A stretch of DNA of 63,990 bases, counting the filler, from Squatina squatina (Eukaryota): the NCBI GenBank assembly GCA_031763465.1. It is 4 parts of 4 records of this genome, joined end to end, with 100 filler letters (N's around TTAATTAATTAA, not from the genome) between each part and the next. Parts side by side here need not be neighbours in the genome. Positions count along the whole stretch, not along the records: positions 17,129 to 32,797 come from JARFOE010000046.1; positions 32,898 to 47,116 come from JARFOE010000005.1; 2 more parts are not named here. The stretch is one strand, 5' to 3'. Shown here piece after piece: positions 28,072-40,204 of this stretch. The position numbers were made by a program, and so were the translations under genes. The stretch's first letter is position 1. The number at the start of each line of letters is the position of its first letter. Under the pieces are notes generated by a model, which worked only from the letters and a program-made list of their open reading frames with translations, did no database searches and was not told the origin of the DNA.

Positions 28072-28632
28072 CATCCAAGTCATTAATATGTATTGTAATA
28101 GTTGTGGGCCCAGCACTGATCCCTGTGACATCCCACTAATTACAGATTGCCATCCTGAAAATTACCCCTTTAAACCAACTCTCTGTTTTCTGTTAGCTAG
28201 CCAATCCTCTATCCATGCTAATATATCAGCCCTACCACCATGAGCTCTTATCTTGTGCAGTAATCTTTTATGTGGTACCTTATTGAATGCCTTTTGGAAA
28301 TCCAGATACACCCCAACTACTGGTTCCCCTTTGTCCACCCTGCTTGTTACTTCCTCAAAGAACTCTAATAAATGTACCAAACATGATTTTCCTTTCATAA
28401 AATGAAGTTGACTCTGCTTGATTTTATTATGAGTTTCTAAGTGTCCTGTTACTACTTCTTTAATAATGGATTGTAACATTTTCCCAATGACAGGTGTTTG
28501 GCTGACTGGCCTACAGTTTTCTCTGCTTTCTCTTTCCCTCCTTTTTTAAATAAGGGTGTTACATTTGCGGTTTTCCAATCCTGTGGAACTTTTCCAGAAT
28601 CCAGGGAATTTGGGAATATTATAACCAATGCA
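28072..28632 (-). mobile_element. CR1 RT fragment
   Basis: DWKTANVTPLFKKG...FMKGKSCLVHLLEFFEEVT...YLDFQKAFNKVPH...QGSVLGPQL, with frameshifts. Confidence 0.95.
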
Positions 28633-29767
28633 TAGTTTAGAACCAAGTATAGTGAGGTAGCCACTGAAGGAATACTCACTCGGAAATCGGAGATTGTGCC
28701 CATCAAACCAGAACTGACTCGGAACTTAAGCTTTAAGTTGACATTTTAGCTCAAAGAAACCTTAGTGAAATGAATCAACCTTCAACGAGTTGCAGACCTT
28801 TTCCTTAACCCTAATTACAAGTAATTTGCTTTAAAACAATGCCCTCGGAATTGCAGCATAGACTTTAATATCTGAGACAACTTTAATTACCAGAGTGCGT
28901 TCCTTTAATTTCTAACACAAAACCAATCGTAGCTTTTCCTGAACTTCACTGGTGACAGAGAAGTAATAGCCATCAGGTAAAGGAGTGTTACAATTAAAAG
29001 TCTGAGTTTCCAACGTATAAATCATTCCTGAGCCTTGTATTCTTTTTGAATGATTATGGTATTAGATCAGAGAAACAGAAAAGGAAAATTAAAGTACCAA
29101 TGTAAGTTACACTGTGCCCTTTTAAAAACAAAAGAAATGTGATGTTAATTTAAAGTTCTTCAAGCTTCCCGGACAAGGCATTCTTCGATAAGACAAATCG
29201 CTAATGGGTTCACTTGTCAGTTTTAAGATATTACATGACTATGGGAAAACCTTCACTAATCAATCATGCTTCCCAGAGCAACAACTGAGCAGAAGGCAGG
29301 TAGAGAAGTGCAATATTCATCGAGCTGCGTCGCTCTGGGAGATAATTCCCCAGGCAGAAAAATGAGTATCAAAAATATGTTAATCCATGGGTGAACCATG
29401 GGCATGTGTTTGATGTGCACCAACATATTTATGGCATGCCAGACATATAGATGCATAATGTCTTGTAATCAGCATATTGGCAGGTGAGAGCCAACTGAGT
29501 GGAATTTTAGATCAAGGGTAATAACAAGCTAACTCTTGGTTGTCAAGGAAACAACTTCAGTTACTTCAAAGGCAGAAACTTCAGCTCTTTGAGTGCTGAA
29601 CAGCTTTACGGCCTGCACAATATCAGCATTTTGCCTTTGATGTAATTCTAACAAAAAAAACCTGTTGCTTCTCCCACCTTGCAGGTCATCGGGTATCAAT
29701 AGTTATCATCATGGTTTTGGTCCCTACAAAGCTAGGATGAGCTAGCTAGTGAGAACGTCTGTCACCA

Positions 29768-30048
29768 GGTGTCAGCTTTGGCACGGGTGGTAACACTAAT
29801 GCCGCTGAGTTAGAAGATTGTGGGTTCACAGCCCCACTCCAGAGACTTGAACGCAAATATCCAGGCTGATACTCCAGGGCAGTACTGAGGGAGAGCTGCA
29901 CTTTCAGAGGTGCCACCTTTCAGGTGAGATATTAATCTGAGGCTCTGTCTGCCCTCTCAGGTGGATGTAAATAATCCCATGGTATTCCATTTTGCATAAG
30001 AGCAGAGGAGTTCTCCTTGGTGGCCTGGCCAATATTTATCACTCAACC
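29768..30048 (+). mobile_element. SacSINE1/DeuSINE-type SINE (3' part in gap)
   Basis: Similar to 16687-17028 and 56021-56320. Confidence 0.85.
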
Positions 30049-31184
30049 NNNNNNNNNNNNNNNNNNNNNNNNNNNNNNNNNNNNNNNNNNNNNNNNNNNN
30101 NNNNNNNNNNNNNNNNNNNNNNNNNNNNNNNNNNNNNNNNNNNNNNNNGCTTATGCAAGTGTTAGCTTCAGGTTCTGTACCATGTCACCAACATTCACCC
30201 ACACCCACCTATCCATAGGAAAAAATAAATTGAACCTGTTTCTTGACTGGAACTCTGTAGATTGGCGGTGGGAATGTTGAAAGTCACTTTTTGCATCCAA
30301 GGCATTTTTTCTATTAATTTGACATGTTCCTCCTCCCCTTCAGCGGAATATCTACATCCCATAATGTTGACATGTGGCTCAATCACCCATCAGTAATAAT
30401 TTTCCCCATGAAAAAAAAACTTTATAAATAATCAATAGAGAGATTGTGAGTACAGGGTAATAGTTTGACAGTAATGTGCTCTGAAATCCATTTCCACGGC
30501 AGCCAACATCCGATAAACATTATTTCCTAAATCAGTCAGCCACACCAGATGCTGCCTTCTTGTTATTAAGTATGATGTATCGTCATAAAATTACTCCGCT
30601 TTACTGGTCCCAGTCTGTGTCCTGATACAATAAGTCTAATGCACTGAATCCATTATACACTAAGTACACCAACAGGTCTCATTGAAATTCAAATACGTCA
30701 CCCAGAAAAGATAATTTTCTTCAATGTTAGTGCCGAGTTAATTATTTTACATAGAGTTACTTAGAACCAACTGCACAAAAGCAGGCCTTTCGCCCCAACT
30801 GATTCATACCTCACACAAACCTCCTCTCAGCACTCTTCATCTAACCCAATCAGCATAGCCTTCTAATCCTTTCTCNNNNNNNNNNNNNNNNNNNNNNNNN
30901 NNNNNNNNNNNNNNNNNNNNNNNNNNNNNNNNNNNNNNNNNNNNNNNNNNNNNNNNNNNNNNNNNNNNNNNNNNNTTTCATTCCATTAAAGACGCTCTAC
31001 AGCTACCAGTTGTGCAGTGGTTGAATTATTGATGAAGTTGGATGACAGAAGTTTGGACTGAGCTCCACTCTTGCGTATAACTACAACACCCATGCTGATG
31101 TCGCCGTTGGCTGTGGCAAAAGCAGCATCTTAAAGCAGATAATTGTCTTACACACACAATACTGTGTAGAGTAAGGGGAACCCA

Positions 31185-31604
31185 GGTAAGAAAGAGACCA
31201 AGGATCTATATGCTCCAAAGCAGACCAATAAAAACACCAAGCACAAAATCAAGAAGAGCAAGCCTCCAAAGCCTTCCAAACCGCTGGAGGACGAGGAGAC
31301 TGGCACCCAGAGGGGATTACAGTTCAACCTGATAAATGAATCGAGCAGTGACAGTCCTCGGATTCATCTACCCCTCAACTGTAACCCAGGGAGCCCTGAC
31401 CTTGGGAGACACTACAGGTCTAACTCCCCTCTACCATCCATTCAGCTGCACCCACAGTCACCCACTGCTGGGAAGAAACACCAGGTTGTGCAAGATCTCC
31501 CGGCCACCAACACCTTTGTTGGGACTGGGGACAACAACTCGACTGGCTCGGACCAGTACTCTGATTACAGCTACAAGACCAATCCCCCGAAGTACAACAA
31601 GCAG
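31185..31604 (+). CDS. PCDH1: Protocadherin-1 cytoplasmic segment (3' end of the large coding exon); possibly a truncated or pseudogenic copy
   Basis: Open frame GKKETKDLYAPK...DSPRIHLPLNCNPGSPDLGRHYRSNSPLPSIQLHPQSPTAGKKHQVVQDLPATNTFVGTGD...QYSDYSYKTNPPKYNKQ, then CAG|GTAGGC donor. Read-through stops at 31640. An in-frame TAG lies upstream at 31167-31169. Confidence 0.88.
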
Positions 31605-32797
31605 GTAGGCACGCTTGTAGGTGCCAGTGGCACGGAGTGAGTTCATTCGAGCGGTGGCGACAGCTGGGGCCAATTTTGACTGTATAATTGTTGATATTTA
31701 AGCTCTTCCATAAGTTTCTTTTAAAATGTTGGACTTTTATTTCTTCGAGTAATGTGGTGCCATTATTGAGTAACTTTACGAATAAAATCTAAGTGCAATG
31801 TTTTAATTATAATATAAATCCAGTTTCTGTTTGTTTTGGTTTCCATTTATGCAATATTAACACTTTAAACGTACAGTGCGTTCTTAAACAAAACAAAACA
31901 CACACAACGCTTCTGGAATCGTACCATTTTCAATTTGCATCTGGTTTGTCTTGTTCGTAAGCCAGGATAACTAGGTGTTTGTCCCAAAGTAGTAATTTTG
32001 AGTCAAATGGCCAAATTTTGCACGCACAGGTTCCGCCTGGAACATGTGGCTTTAAACTGGTCCAAGGCGACTCAGCAAACTGAATTTTCTTTGTGCAATG
32101 CTCTCAATACTTGTGTGGCATTTACTCATTCATAAATCTGTGACCTTGTTTATGCTTTTATTGAGCGTCTTTGCAAAACCAGTTCTCCATGTGAAAGAGC
32201 CTGGCCAATTAGGTGCTTAAAATGTTGAAATGTGTTTTTTTTAAACCGAGCTGGGTTTTATCGCCATCAAGTTCTGTCTTTAACAGGAAGTGAAGGAGCT
32301 GCAACAACACTTTTTAAAAAGTATAGTGTTCATCTAATCCAATGAATGAATTTGTTTCTGTGGCAAGAATGCTCCCAGATTCAATAATAAAACTGGCTTA
32401 TTGGGTTTCAAGTCTGATTTCACTGCAGACTGTATCATTTTGTTAAATGCATTGTAGTACAGCAGGTTTTTGAAATTTCAACAGTCTCCTTCTGGTGGTG
32501 GTACAGATCAGTTTAACATTCATGCTGCTGCGTTATTTATCACATAATATAGATACTCCCAGCGACAGTACTAAATTATACTTTCATTAGTACGTAACCC
32601 TTTACTGCAATAAATGTATAATGTAGTGACTGAATTTGGAATCTTGCCTAAACCAATGATATTGGATAGTTACTGGTGGTGTTGCTACATATTAAGTGCC
32701 TGTAATGTCAGCATTGATGTATTGGCTTATGAGTGTGGGTTTATTGTATGTGCTGAGCAATTGCTGAGCATAATATCTGTAGGTTCACTCTCCCATG

Positions 32798-32897
32798 NNN
32801 NNNNNNNNNNNNNNNNNNNNNNNNNNNNNNNNNNNNNNNNNTTAATTAATTAANNNNNNNNNNNNNNNNNNNNNNNNNNNNNNNNNNNNNNNNNNNN
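32798..32897. other. Artificial scaffold linker
   Basis: 44 N + TTAATTAATTAA (32842-32853) + 44 N. Confidence 0.93.
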
Positions 32898-34048
32898 ATG
32901 AATTACTTAAAAATCTTGAAGATAGTGAACTGTGTGTGCTGCTTACCTTGCACTCTCCAGCCTCACTCTGAGGGGATTATTTTTCTCATCCAATTTTATA
33001 GTCATCCACCCTAACACCTTGAGGCTCCATTGGTTCTGTTCCAATTGCGTTCAAACCACCCAGGACAATTAAGCGGATTTACATCCAATTTATCTTCGGA
33101 TATATTCTAATTAGATTGACAGGCAATTCCAGCAAATCTTGAGATTGGGAAAATGGGCGCATTTTCGTGTCTAACCGTCGGGATGCGCCCATGCAGGAAT
33201 TTCAAGGCCCAGGTATGTGATGCCTGAGTAACATGCAATAGTGATTTATGAGAAAAGTGTAATGTTTGAATTACCTTGCTGATCTCACATTAACATTTGA
33301 AATGCTGATGAAAGTAAAAGGAAAATGTCATGGGGAAGAAGAAGAGGGTGAAAGCAAATATATAGAAGAAAATCTGCTGCAGAGAGGTTACATTCACATT
33401 TGTGTGAACTGAGTTCAGTCTCCTAGCCAGGAAAAAAAACACATTTGGAGTATTTATCCGGCAAGTCAAACTCTGGGTAACCAGCAATCTTGGCACTTAA
33501 ATATAAATCAAAAGCTTAATATTTCTCAATTCTGAATTCAAAATTAAAACAAAACCAATTGCTGAGAAAATATCCAGTTTAACCTTGAAATTGTTAACCT
33601 TCTGAATCTTGCCTCTTATCTCATTCATGATAGATCGAAGATCTAGACTGGTACTAACTAGCTCTAGGTGCTTCAAAACATTTTCATATGAATAAAGATT
33701 TAATTCAGGTAATTTTGGCCCAGTAAGATTGGGATCCCAGTCTGCCATTGGGATGTGTAGCGTCTCTTATACCTGGTAGTTTCGCACACCATCCCAGCAT
33801 GCAGTCTGATTTTGTTGTGCCTTCAAATCCTCCACTCCAAACTAGGAACAGAATCAAAGAAAGACTTTAGACATAATGTGAAACCATTTATCTTTTTCTT
33901 TCCCCTCAAAATAAAAATTGGAGAAGTTTATGTGGGAAATATCCAAAANNNNNNNNNNNNNNNNNNNNNNNNNNNNNNNNNNNNNNNNNNNNNNNNNNNN
34001 NNNNNNNNNNNNNNNNNNNNNNNNNNNNNNNNNNNNNNNNNNNNNNNN

Positions 34049-36877
34049 CCCAGGTGAGACTCTCTCTGGGGAGAAGTAGGTGAAAATGATCCCAGTTGAG
34101 ACTGTCTCTGGGAGAGGAAGAGGTGACATTGTTCCCAGGTGGGAATTTCTGTGGAGGAGGAGGTGACAATGGGCCCAGGTGAGAGTCTCTCTGGGAAGAG
34201 GAGATGACAATGGGCCCCGTTGCGACTGTTTCTGGGATGGAGCGCGAGGTGACAATGGGCCCAGGTGTCACTCTCTCTGGGAGAAGTTGGTGCAAATGGG
34301 CCCAGGTGAGACTCTCTCTGGAGGAGAAGGCGCTGACAATGGGTCCAGACGAGACTCGCTCTGGGGGAGGAGACGGCGACAATTGGCCCAGGTGATATTT
34401 TCTGGTGAGGAGAAGGTGACAATGGATCCAGTTGAGACTCGCCCTGCGATGAGATACCAATGGCCCAGGTGAAACTGCATATGGGGAGAAGGAGGTGACA
34501 ATTGGCTCAGGTGCGATTATCTGGGGAGGAGGTAGTAACAATGGGCCCAGGTGAGAATTTCGGGGGAGGCGGAAGAGACAATGGGCCCAGGTGAAACTGC
34601 ATCTGGGGAGGAGGAGGTGACAAGTCGCCTGGGTGAGTCTCTCTCTGGGGAGGTGGAGGTAGCAATGGGCCAAGGTCAGAATCTCCCTGTGGTGGAGGAG
34701 GTGACAATGGGCCTGGGTGAGACGCAGTCTGGGGATGAGGAGGTACCAATAGGCCCAGGTGAGAATCTCTCTGGGGAGGAGGATATGATCAGGGGCCTTG
34801 GTGAGATTCTTACTGGGGAGGCGGAGGTGACAATCGATCCAGCTGAGACTCTCGGTGAGAAGGATGAGGTGACATTGGGCCAGGTGAGTCTCCCTCTGGG
34901 GAGAAGGAAGTGAAACTGGACCCAGGTGCGACACCCTCTGGAGGAGGAAGAGGTGTCAATGTGCCCAGGGGAGAGTCACTGTGGGAGGAGCAGGTTGCAA
35001 TGGGCCCAGGTGAGACTCTCTCTTGGGGAAGGAGGTGAAAATGGGCCCAGATAACATTTTCTGGGGAGGAGGAGGTGACAATGGTCTCAGGTGACATTTT
35101 CTGGGGAGGAGGCTGTGACAATGGGCCCAGGTGAGAATTTCTGGGCTGGCGGAACTGACAATGTGTTCAGGTTAGATTTTCTGCGGAGAGGAGGTGATAT
35201 TGGGCCCAGGTGAGACTGTTTCTGTGACGGTGTGGGAGGTGACAATGGGCCCAGATGAGAATCTCTCCGGTGGAGGAGGAGGTGAAAATGGCTCCAGGTG
35301 AGACTCTCTCTGGTGAGGAAGGGGTAACCATGGGCCTTGGTGAGTCGTTTAATGGGGAGGACGAGCTGACAATGCGACCAGATGAGACTCACTGCGGGGA
35401 GGAGGCGGTGGCAATGTGCCCAGATGAGACTCGATTTGGGGAGGAGGATTTGGTAATAGGCCCAGATGAGACTCTCTCTGGGGAGGAGGAGGTGACAATG
35501 ATCGCAGGTGAGACTGACTCTGGGGAGGAGGAGGTGACAATGGGCCCAGTTGAGACACTGTCTGGGGATGAGGAGTTACCAGTGGGCCCAGGTGAGATTT
35601 TCTGGGGAGGAGGAGGTGAACATGCGACCAGATGAGACACTCTGTGGTGAGGAGGAGGTGGAAATGTGACGAGATGATCATCTCCATGGTGAGTAGGAAG
35701 TGACAATGAGCCCAGATGATAATCTCTGTGGGGAGGAGGAGGTGACAATGGGCCCAGCTGAGATTTTCTGAGGAGGACGAGCTGACAATGAGACCAGATG
35801 AGACTCTATTTGGGGGAGGATGAGGGGAAAATGGGCCCAGGTGGACTCTCTCTGGGGAGCAGGAGATGACAATGAGCCCAGGTGAGACTCTCTCTGGGGA
35901 GGAGGAGGTGACAATGAGCCCAGGTGAGTCTCTCTCCGGGGAGTAGGACGTGACAATAGGCCTGGCTGAGATACAGTCTGGGAACAAGGACGTACCAATG
36001 GGCCCAGATGAGACTATTTGGGGAGGAGGAAGTGACAATGAGCCCAGGTGAGTCTCTCTCTGGGAGAAGCAGGTAGCAATGGGCTCAGGTGAGACACTCT
36101 CTGAGTGAAGGACTTGGAAATGGGACCAGGTTTGATCTTCTGGGGAGGAGGAGGTGACAATGGGCCCAGTTGAGACTCTCTCTGCGATGAGTTGGCAATG
36201 GAGCCAGGGGAGACTGTTTCTGGGATGGAGCAGGAGGCGAGAATGGGAGCACTTGAGACTCTCTCTCCGTGGAGGAGATAATGGGCCGAAAGTGGGATTG
36301 CCTCTGGGGAGGAGCAGGTGGCAATGGGCCTGGGTGAGACTCTCTCTGGGGAGCAGGATGTGAAAATGGCCCCAGGTGAGACACTCTATCCGGGGAGGAG
36401 GAGGTGATCATTGGCCTCGGGGAGACTTTTACTAGGGAGGAGGAGGTGACATTGGGTACAGGTGAGATTTTCTGATGAGCAGTTAGTGACAATGGGCCCA
36501 GGTGAGATTTTCTGGGGAGCAGGATCTGACAATGGGACCGGTTGGGACTGTTTCTGCGAAGAGGTGACAATGGGCCCAGGTGAGACTGTTTCTGGGATGG
36601 AACAGGAGGTGACAATGGGACCAGTTGAGACTCTCTCTGCGATGAGGTGACAATGGGCCCAGGTGAGACTGCCTCTGGGGAGGAGGAGGTGAAAATGGGC
36701 CAGGGTAAGACACTGTCTGGTGATGAGGAGTTGCCAATGAGCCACGGTGAGACTCTCTCTGGAGAGGAGGAGGTGATAATGGGCCCAGGTGAGATTTTCT
36801 GGGAAGGAGAATGTGACAATGCGACCAGATGAGACATTCTGTGGGGAGGAGGAGGTGACAATATGACAAGATGAGAA
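34049..36877. repeat. Diverged tandem array (minisatellite/satellite), ~42-bp unit, roughly 68 copies, left end in gap
   Basis: Consensus GGGGAGGAGGAGGTGACAATGGGCCCAGGTGAGACTCTCTCT with 39-40 bp variants. It explains the cluster of repetitive ORFs here. Confidence 0.97.
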
Positions 36878-37564
36878 ATTGGACAACTTAGAAGGTTGTT
36901 CCAGAAGGTGTAACCTGTGCCTAAGTGCTATCAGAAGGAGTTGAGGGAATTAGCACTATTGCATACGCAAAAGGTCTGATTCCTGAACACAAGAGGGCCT
37001 CCAGCAGTAACATGTCAAGATGTTGGGGTGGCATCAGGAAACATGAAAACACGCCACCTCAATTCTGTGTTGTATTATTGCCTGCAATTCACTCCAATGT
37101 GTTATTCTTTATAATATTCACTACAACCTATCCTTGCTTACTATATTGCAGATTGTACTTTTTAGCAATGGTAGGATTTGTCCAACTGCGTGATACAGGG
37201 CATATCGTAGAATATTACATGTGAAGCCCCTTGGGACGTTTTACTACATTAAAGGCACTATATAAATGCAAGTTGTTGTTGTTCCATTGCTTCCATGCAT
37301 TGTTAAGTGGGCTGTTCAAAGATTTGACTATTACTTGTTGTTCACAGAAATCCTGATTAAAATAAAACAGCTGTAGGCAAACAAGTGATCCATTTATCAA
37401 GGTTCAGCAGTACCTGGAACTGGTTACCTCAGCGTTTATTTGCGTCATACCTTCCAGGCAAATATTAATGGTAGGTTTGTACCTAACACCCTATGGAAAT
37501 GGAACAGCTGGGACCAGACATCAAAAAGGTGTTAATCTGAAACATAATGATACTTTAAAAGAAG

Positions 37565-37780
37565 AGTTAGCATTTATACAGTGCTGTTCATATCCTCAGG
37601 ATGTCCCAAAGCACTCCACAGCTAATTAATTTCTTTTGAAGTGCAGCCACTGGTGTTTTGTAGGCAAATGCAGCAGCCACCAGAACAGTAGATGGGAACT
37701 TTTTAATGTCTCAACTGAAAAACTTCATCTCCAAAAATGCCCTTTTCCCTTGGCACTACAGTACAGTTTAGACTGTGGCT
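37565..37780 (-). mobile_element. Decayed DeuSINE-type 3' portion
   Basis: GCATTTATACAGTGC...GGATGTCCCAAAGCAC...TTTTGAAGTGCAGCCACTG resembles the reverse complement of the SINE tail and Deu domain. Confidence 0.6.
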
Positions 37781-38649
37781 TCGTACTTGACTTCAGCAAA
37801 ACCAATGAGCAAGAGGACCACTCAAAATTTGCCCTGTTGTGTCATCAGGATGTGACTGGCATGCTGGGGACGCCACTCGTGCTCCAAGAAGTAGAGCACC
37901 GGTTGCAAGGAGGATGAATTTCAGCTGGTGGAGACACCGGCACCAAAGCAACAGAAAGGGGAAGGGGAAGGGAAAGCAAGTTGGTTTCTGGTGGTGGCCC
38001 TCAATGTGGATCCAGGAGAAGCACTCCTGCTCCTTCTGTCTCCACATTCAGGTTAGTAAAATTTTTACTTACCTTTATGGTGGCAGCTTCCAGCAGTCCC
38101 TTTATAGACCACTGGTTTCAGCTGCTCTGCACCTGAGCAAGGTGATGGCAGCATGCATGACGATGCCGCAGTCAGGTGCCAGCCAATTTCAGAAATGGGA
38201 CTGAAATAAGGGTTAAGCCCCAAACAGCAGAGTCAATGGGCCTTCACCCTGTATATTATTCTCGGCTAGATTTATACTTGGTGCTCAGAGGTGAAGGGCA
38301 GTGTTCCAACATCTGCCAACTATGTAAAAAAAGGCTAATTAGAAAGGAAATGCTTCCTTCTAACTCAACATCAGTAAATCCGATCTTTATGAAAAGTGGA
38401 GAACATTATTAAGCTGTTTGGGGTATTAGTCAATTATGATAATCAGATCTAATTTATGCAAGTAAATTAGGTTAATTACAAGATATGTCTAATCTTGTAT
38501 AGCTTACAATACTCAAGGCTGGATCACCATAGTGCAATAGATAATAAAACATTTGTTTTCAGCCTTTAATTAACTGCAATGTTAAATCAGATATAGCTGT
38601 CACAGTCACTTCAATGGCAAGGTTCCTGTTTAAATACCTGGGTTCAAAG

Positions 38650-38935
38650 TACCACACTATTACTGTTTTGTGCAATTAGATTCAAACAAGGCCACATCCT
38701 ATACATAGGGGAAACAGGGAAGAGTCTGAGGACCAGACTCACAGGGCACCTCAGCACCATTAGACTACAAAAGACATACAAAGCATTACCAAGCATTTTG
38801 TTGAACATGGAGTCCGATCCCTGGAAATGATGGGGCTTGAAACCAATACAAACTGGGCACCCCTATAAAGGAAAAAGAGAGAAATATTGGATTGCAGAAC
38901 TAGAAACACAGTCACCAAATGGCTTGAATCGAATA
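38650..38935 (+). mobile_element. Penelope-like element GIY-YIG endonuclease relic
   Basis: CAIRFKQGHILYIGETGKSLRTRLTGHLSTIR, then after frameshifts and a stop, ITKHF...H and RE/KYWIAELETQSPNGLN. Confidence 0.85.
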
Positions 38936-38937
38936 TA

Positions 38938-39148
38938 TTAGCTTAACATCGATTGTTGGAAAAATGCTAGAATCAATTATTAAGGAAGTGATAGCAGCTC
39001 ATTTGGAAAATCACAATCTAATCACGCAGAGTCAGCATGGCTTCATGAAGGGGAAATCGTGCCTGACAAATGTATTAGAGTTTTTTGAGGAAGTCTCAGC
39101 CAGATTGGATAGAGGGGAACCAGTAGATGTATTGTATTTGGATTTCCA
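38938..39148 (+). mobile_element. CR1 RT fragment
   Basis: MLESIIKEVIAAHLENHNLITQSQHGFMKGKSCLTNVLEFFEEV...VDVLYLDF. Confidence 0.95.
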
Positions 39149-40204
39149 NNNNNNNNNNNNNNNNNNNNNNNNNNNNNNNNNNNNNNNNNNNNNNNNNNNN
39201 NNNNNNNNNNNNNNNNNNNNNNNNNNNNNNNNNNNNNNNNNNNNNNNNCAAAGTTTAAGAATGGAGAAAGTGCTTCTGGATGTAGGACTGCACGAGGTGG
39301 TGGAGCTGAGAGCCGATTGCTTGGAGCAGGCTGCAGAGCCGATAGCCGAGTGCTCTTTTATACCCTGTAAAGTTACTGCTGACCAGGAGCCTTGAGGATG
39401 CTGTTACAAGAGGCGCAGGGATCTCCATGTTAGTTAAAGCATGGAGTATTACTCTGTTCGAGGCCACGTCTCAAGTTGGTAATACTGTTCTGCTGAGGGG
39501 CTATAGTGCTGCAAAGTAATCTAGAAATGGCCCCTCATTTGACCCGTTGTGGTTTGAATCTGATCACTGCATTTCCACTTCTGATCCGTTTGGAGCCCCT
39601 GTTGGCTGTCAAAAAACGAGAACTAGATGGGACCCAGCACACAGCCTCTGTGATGCAGACCTTTTATTATACTGCTTAATCTGAAGTAGATGATGGCATG
39701 CTTCGTAAATGATTGATGCAACCTAGAACCTTGTCCATGTGTGTATCCTGCTTTCAACCCTATGTTTTGCATGAACTGCACAGAATCCATGAAATCAGAA
39801 ATAACTTTTGAATTCATCAGTATCTCATAAAATTACCTAAAGCGAATGTAAACCAGGGTCCAATCAGTCAACACCAACTTGCATTTATATAGCGCCATTA
39901 ATGTAGTAAAATGTCCCAAGATGCTTAAAAGGAGTGTTATACCAGTCCTGTGAAAGGTAACATACGAACAATGAAGGACAGGTAAAGACCAATGTTCCCG
40001 TTAAGCTGCATGGCCGTGTGGCCATCTGCCAGGCCGCACACAGGCCACTCATCGGCTTACATATTGTAGATACCGTGCATACGCAAAAATTGAATGGGCC
40101 GCGCAGTTGGGGAGGCAAGCTGCGCAGGAGGCAGTGCAGCTTACGGGCACGTTGCTAAAGGCCCTCTGGTTCATCAATCCTGTCCCACACAATTGTGATA
40201 ACTT

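Noticed and set aside
31336-31608. Listed 90-aa ORF MNRAVTVLG...
   Set aside because: It is a shadow frame. The PCDH1-homologous frame is a different one.
34049-36877. CRISPR array or repeat-protein gene (ORFs up to 342 aa)
   Set aside because: Units are head-to-tail with no unique spacers, no cas genes are present and the context is vertebrate. The 40-bp variants repeatedly shift the frame.
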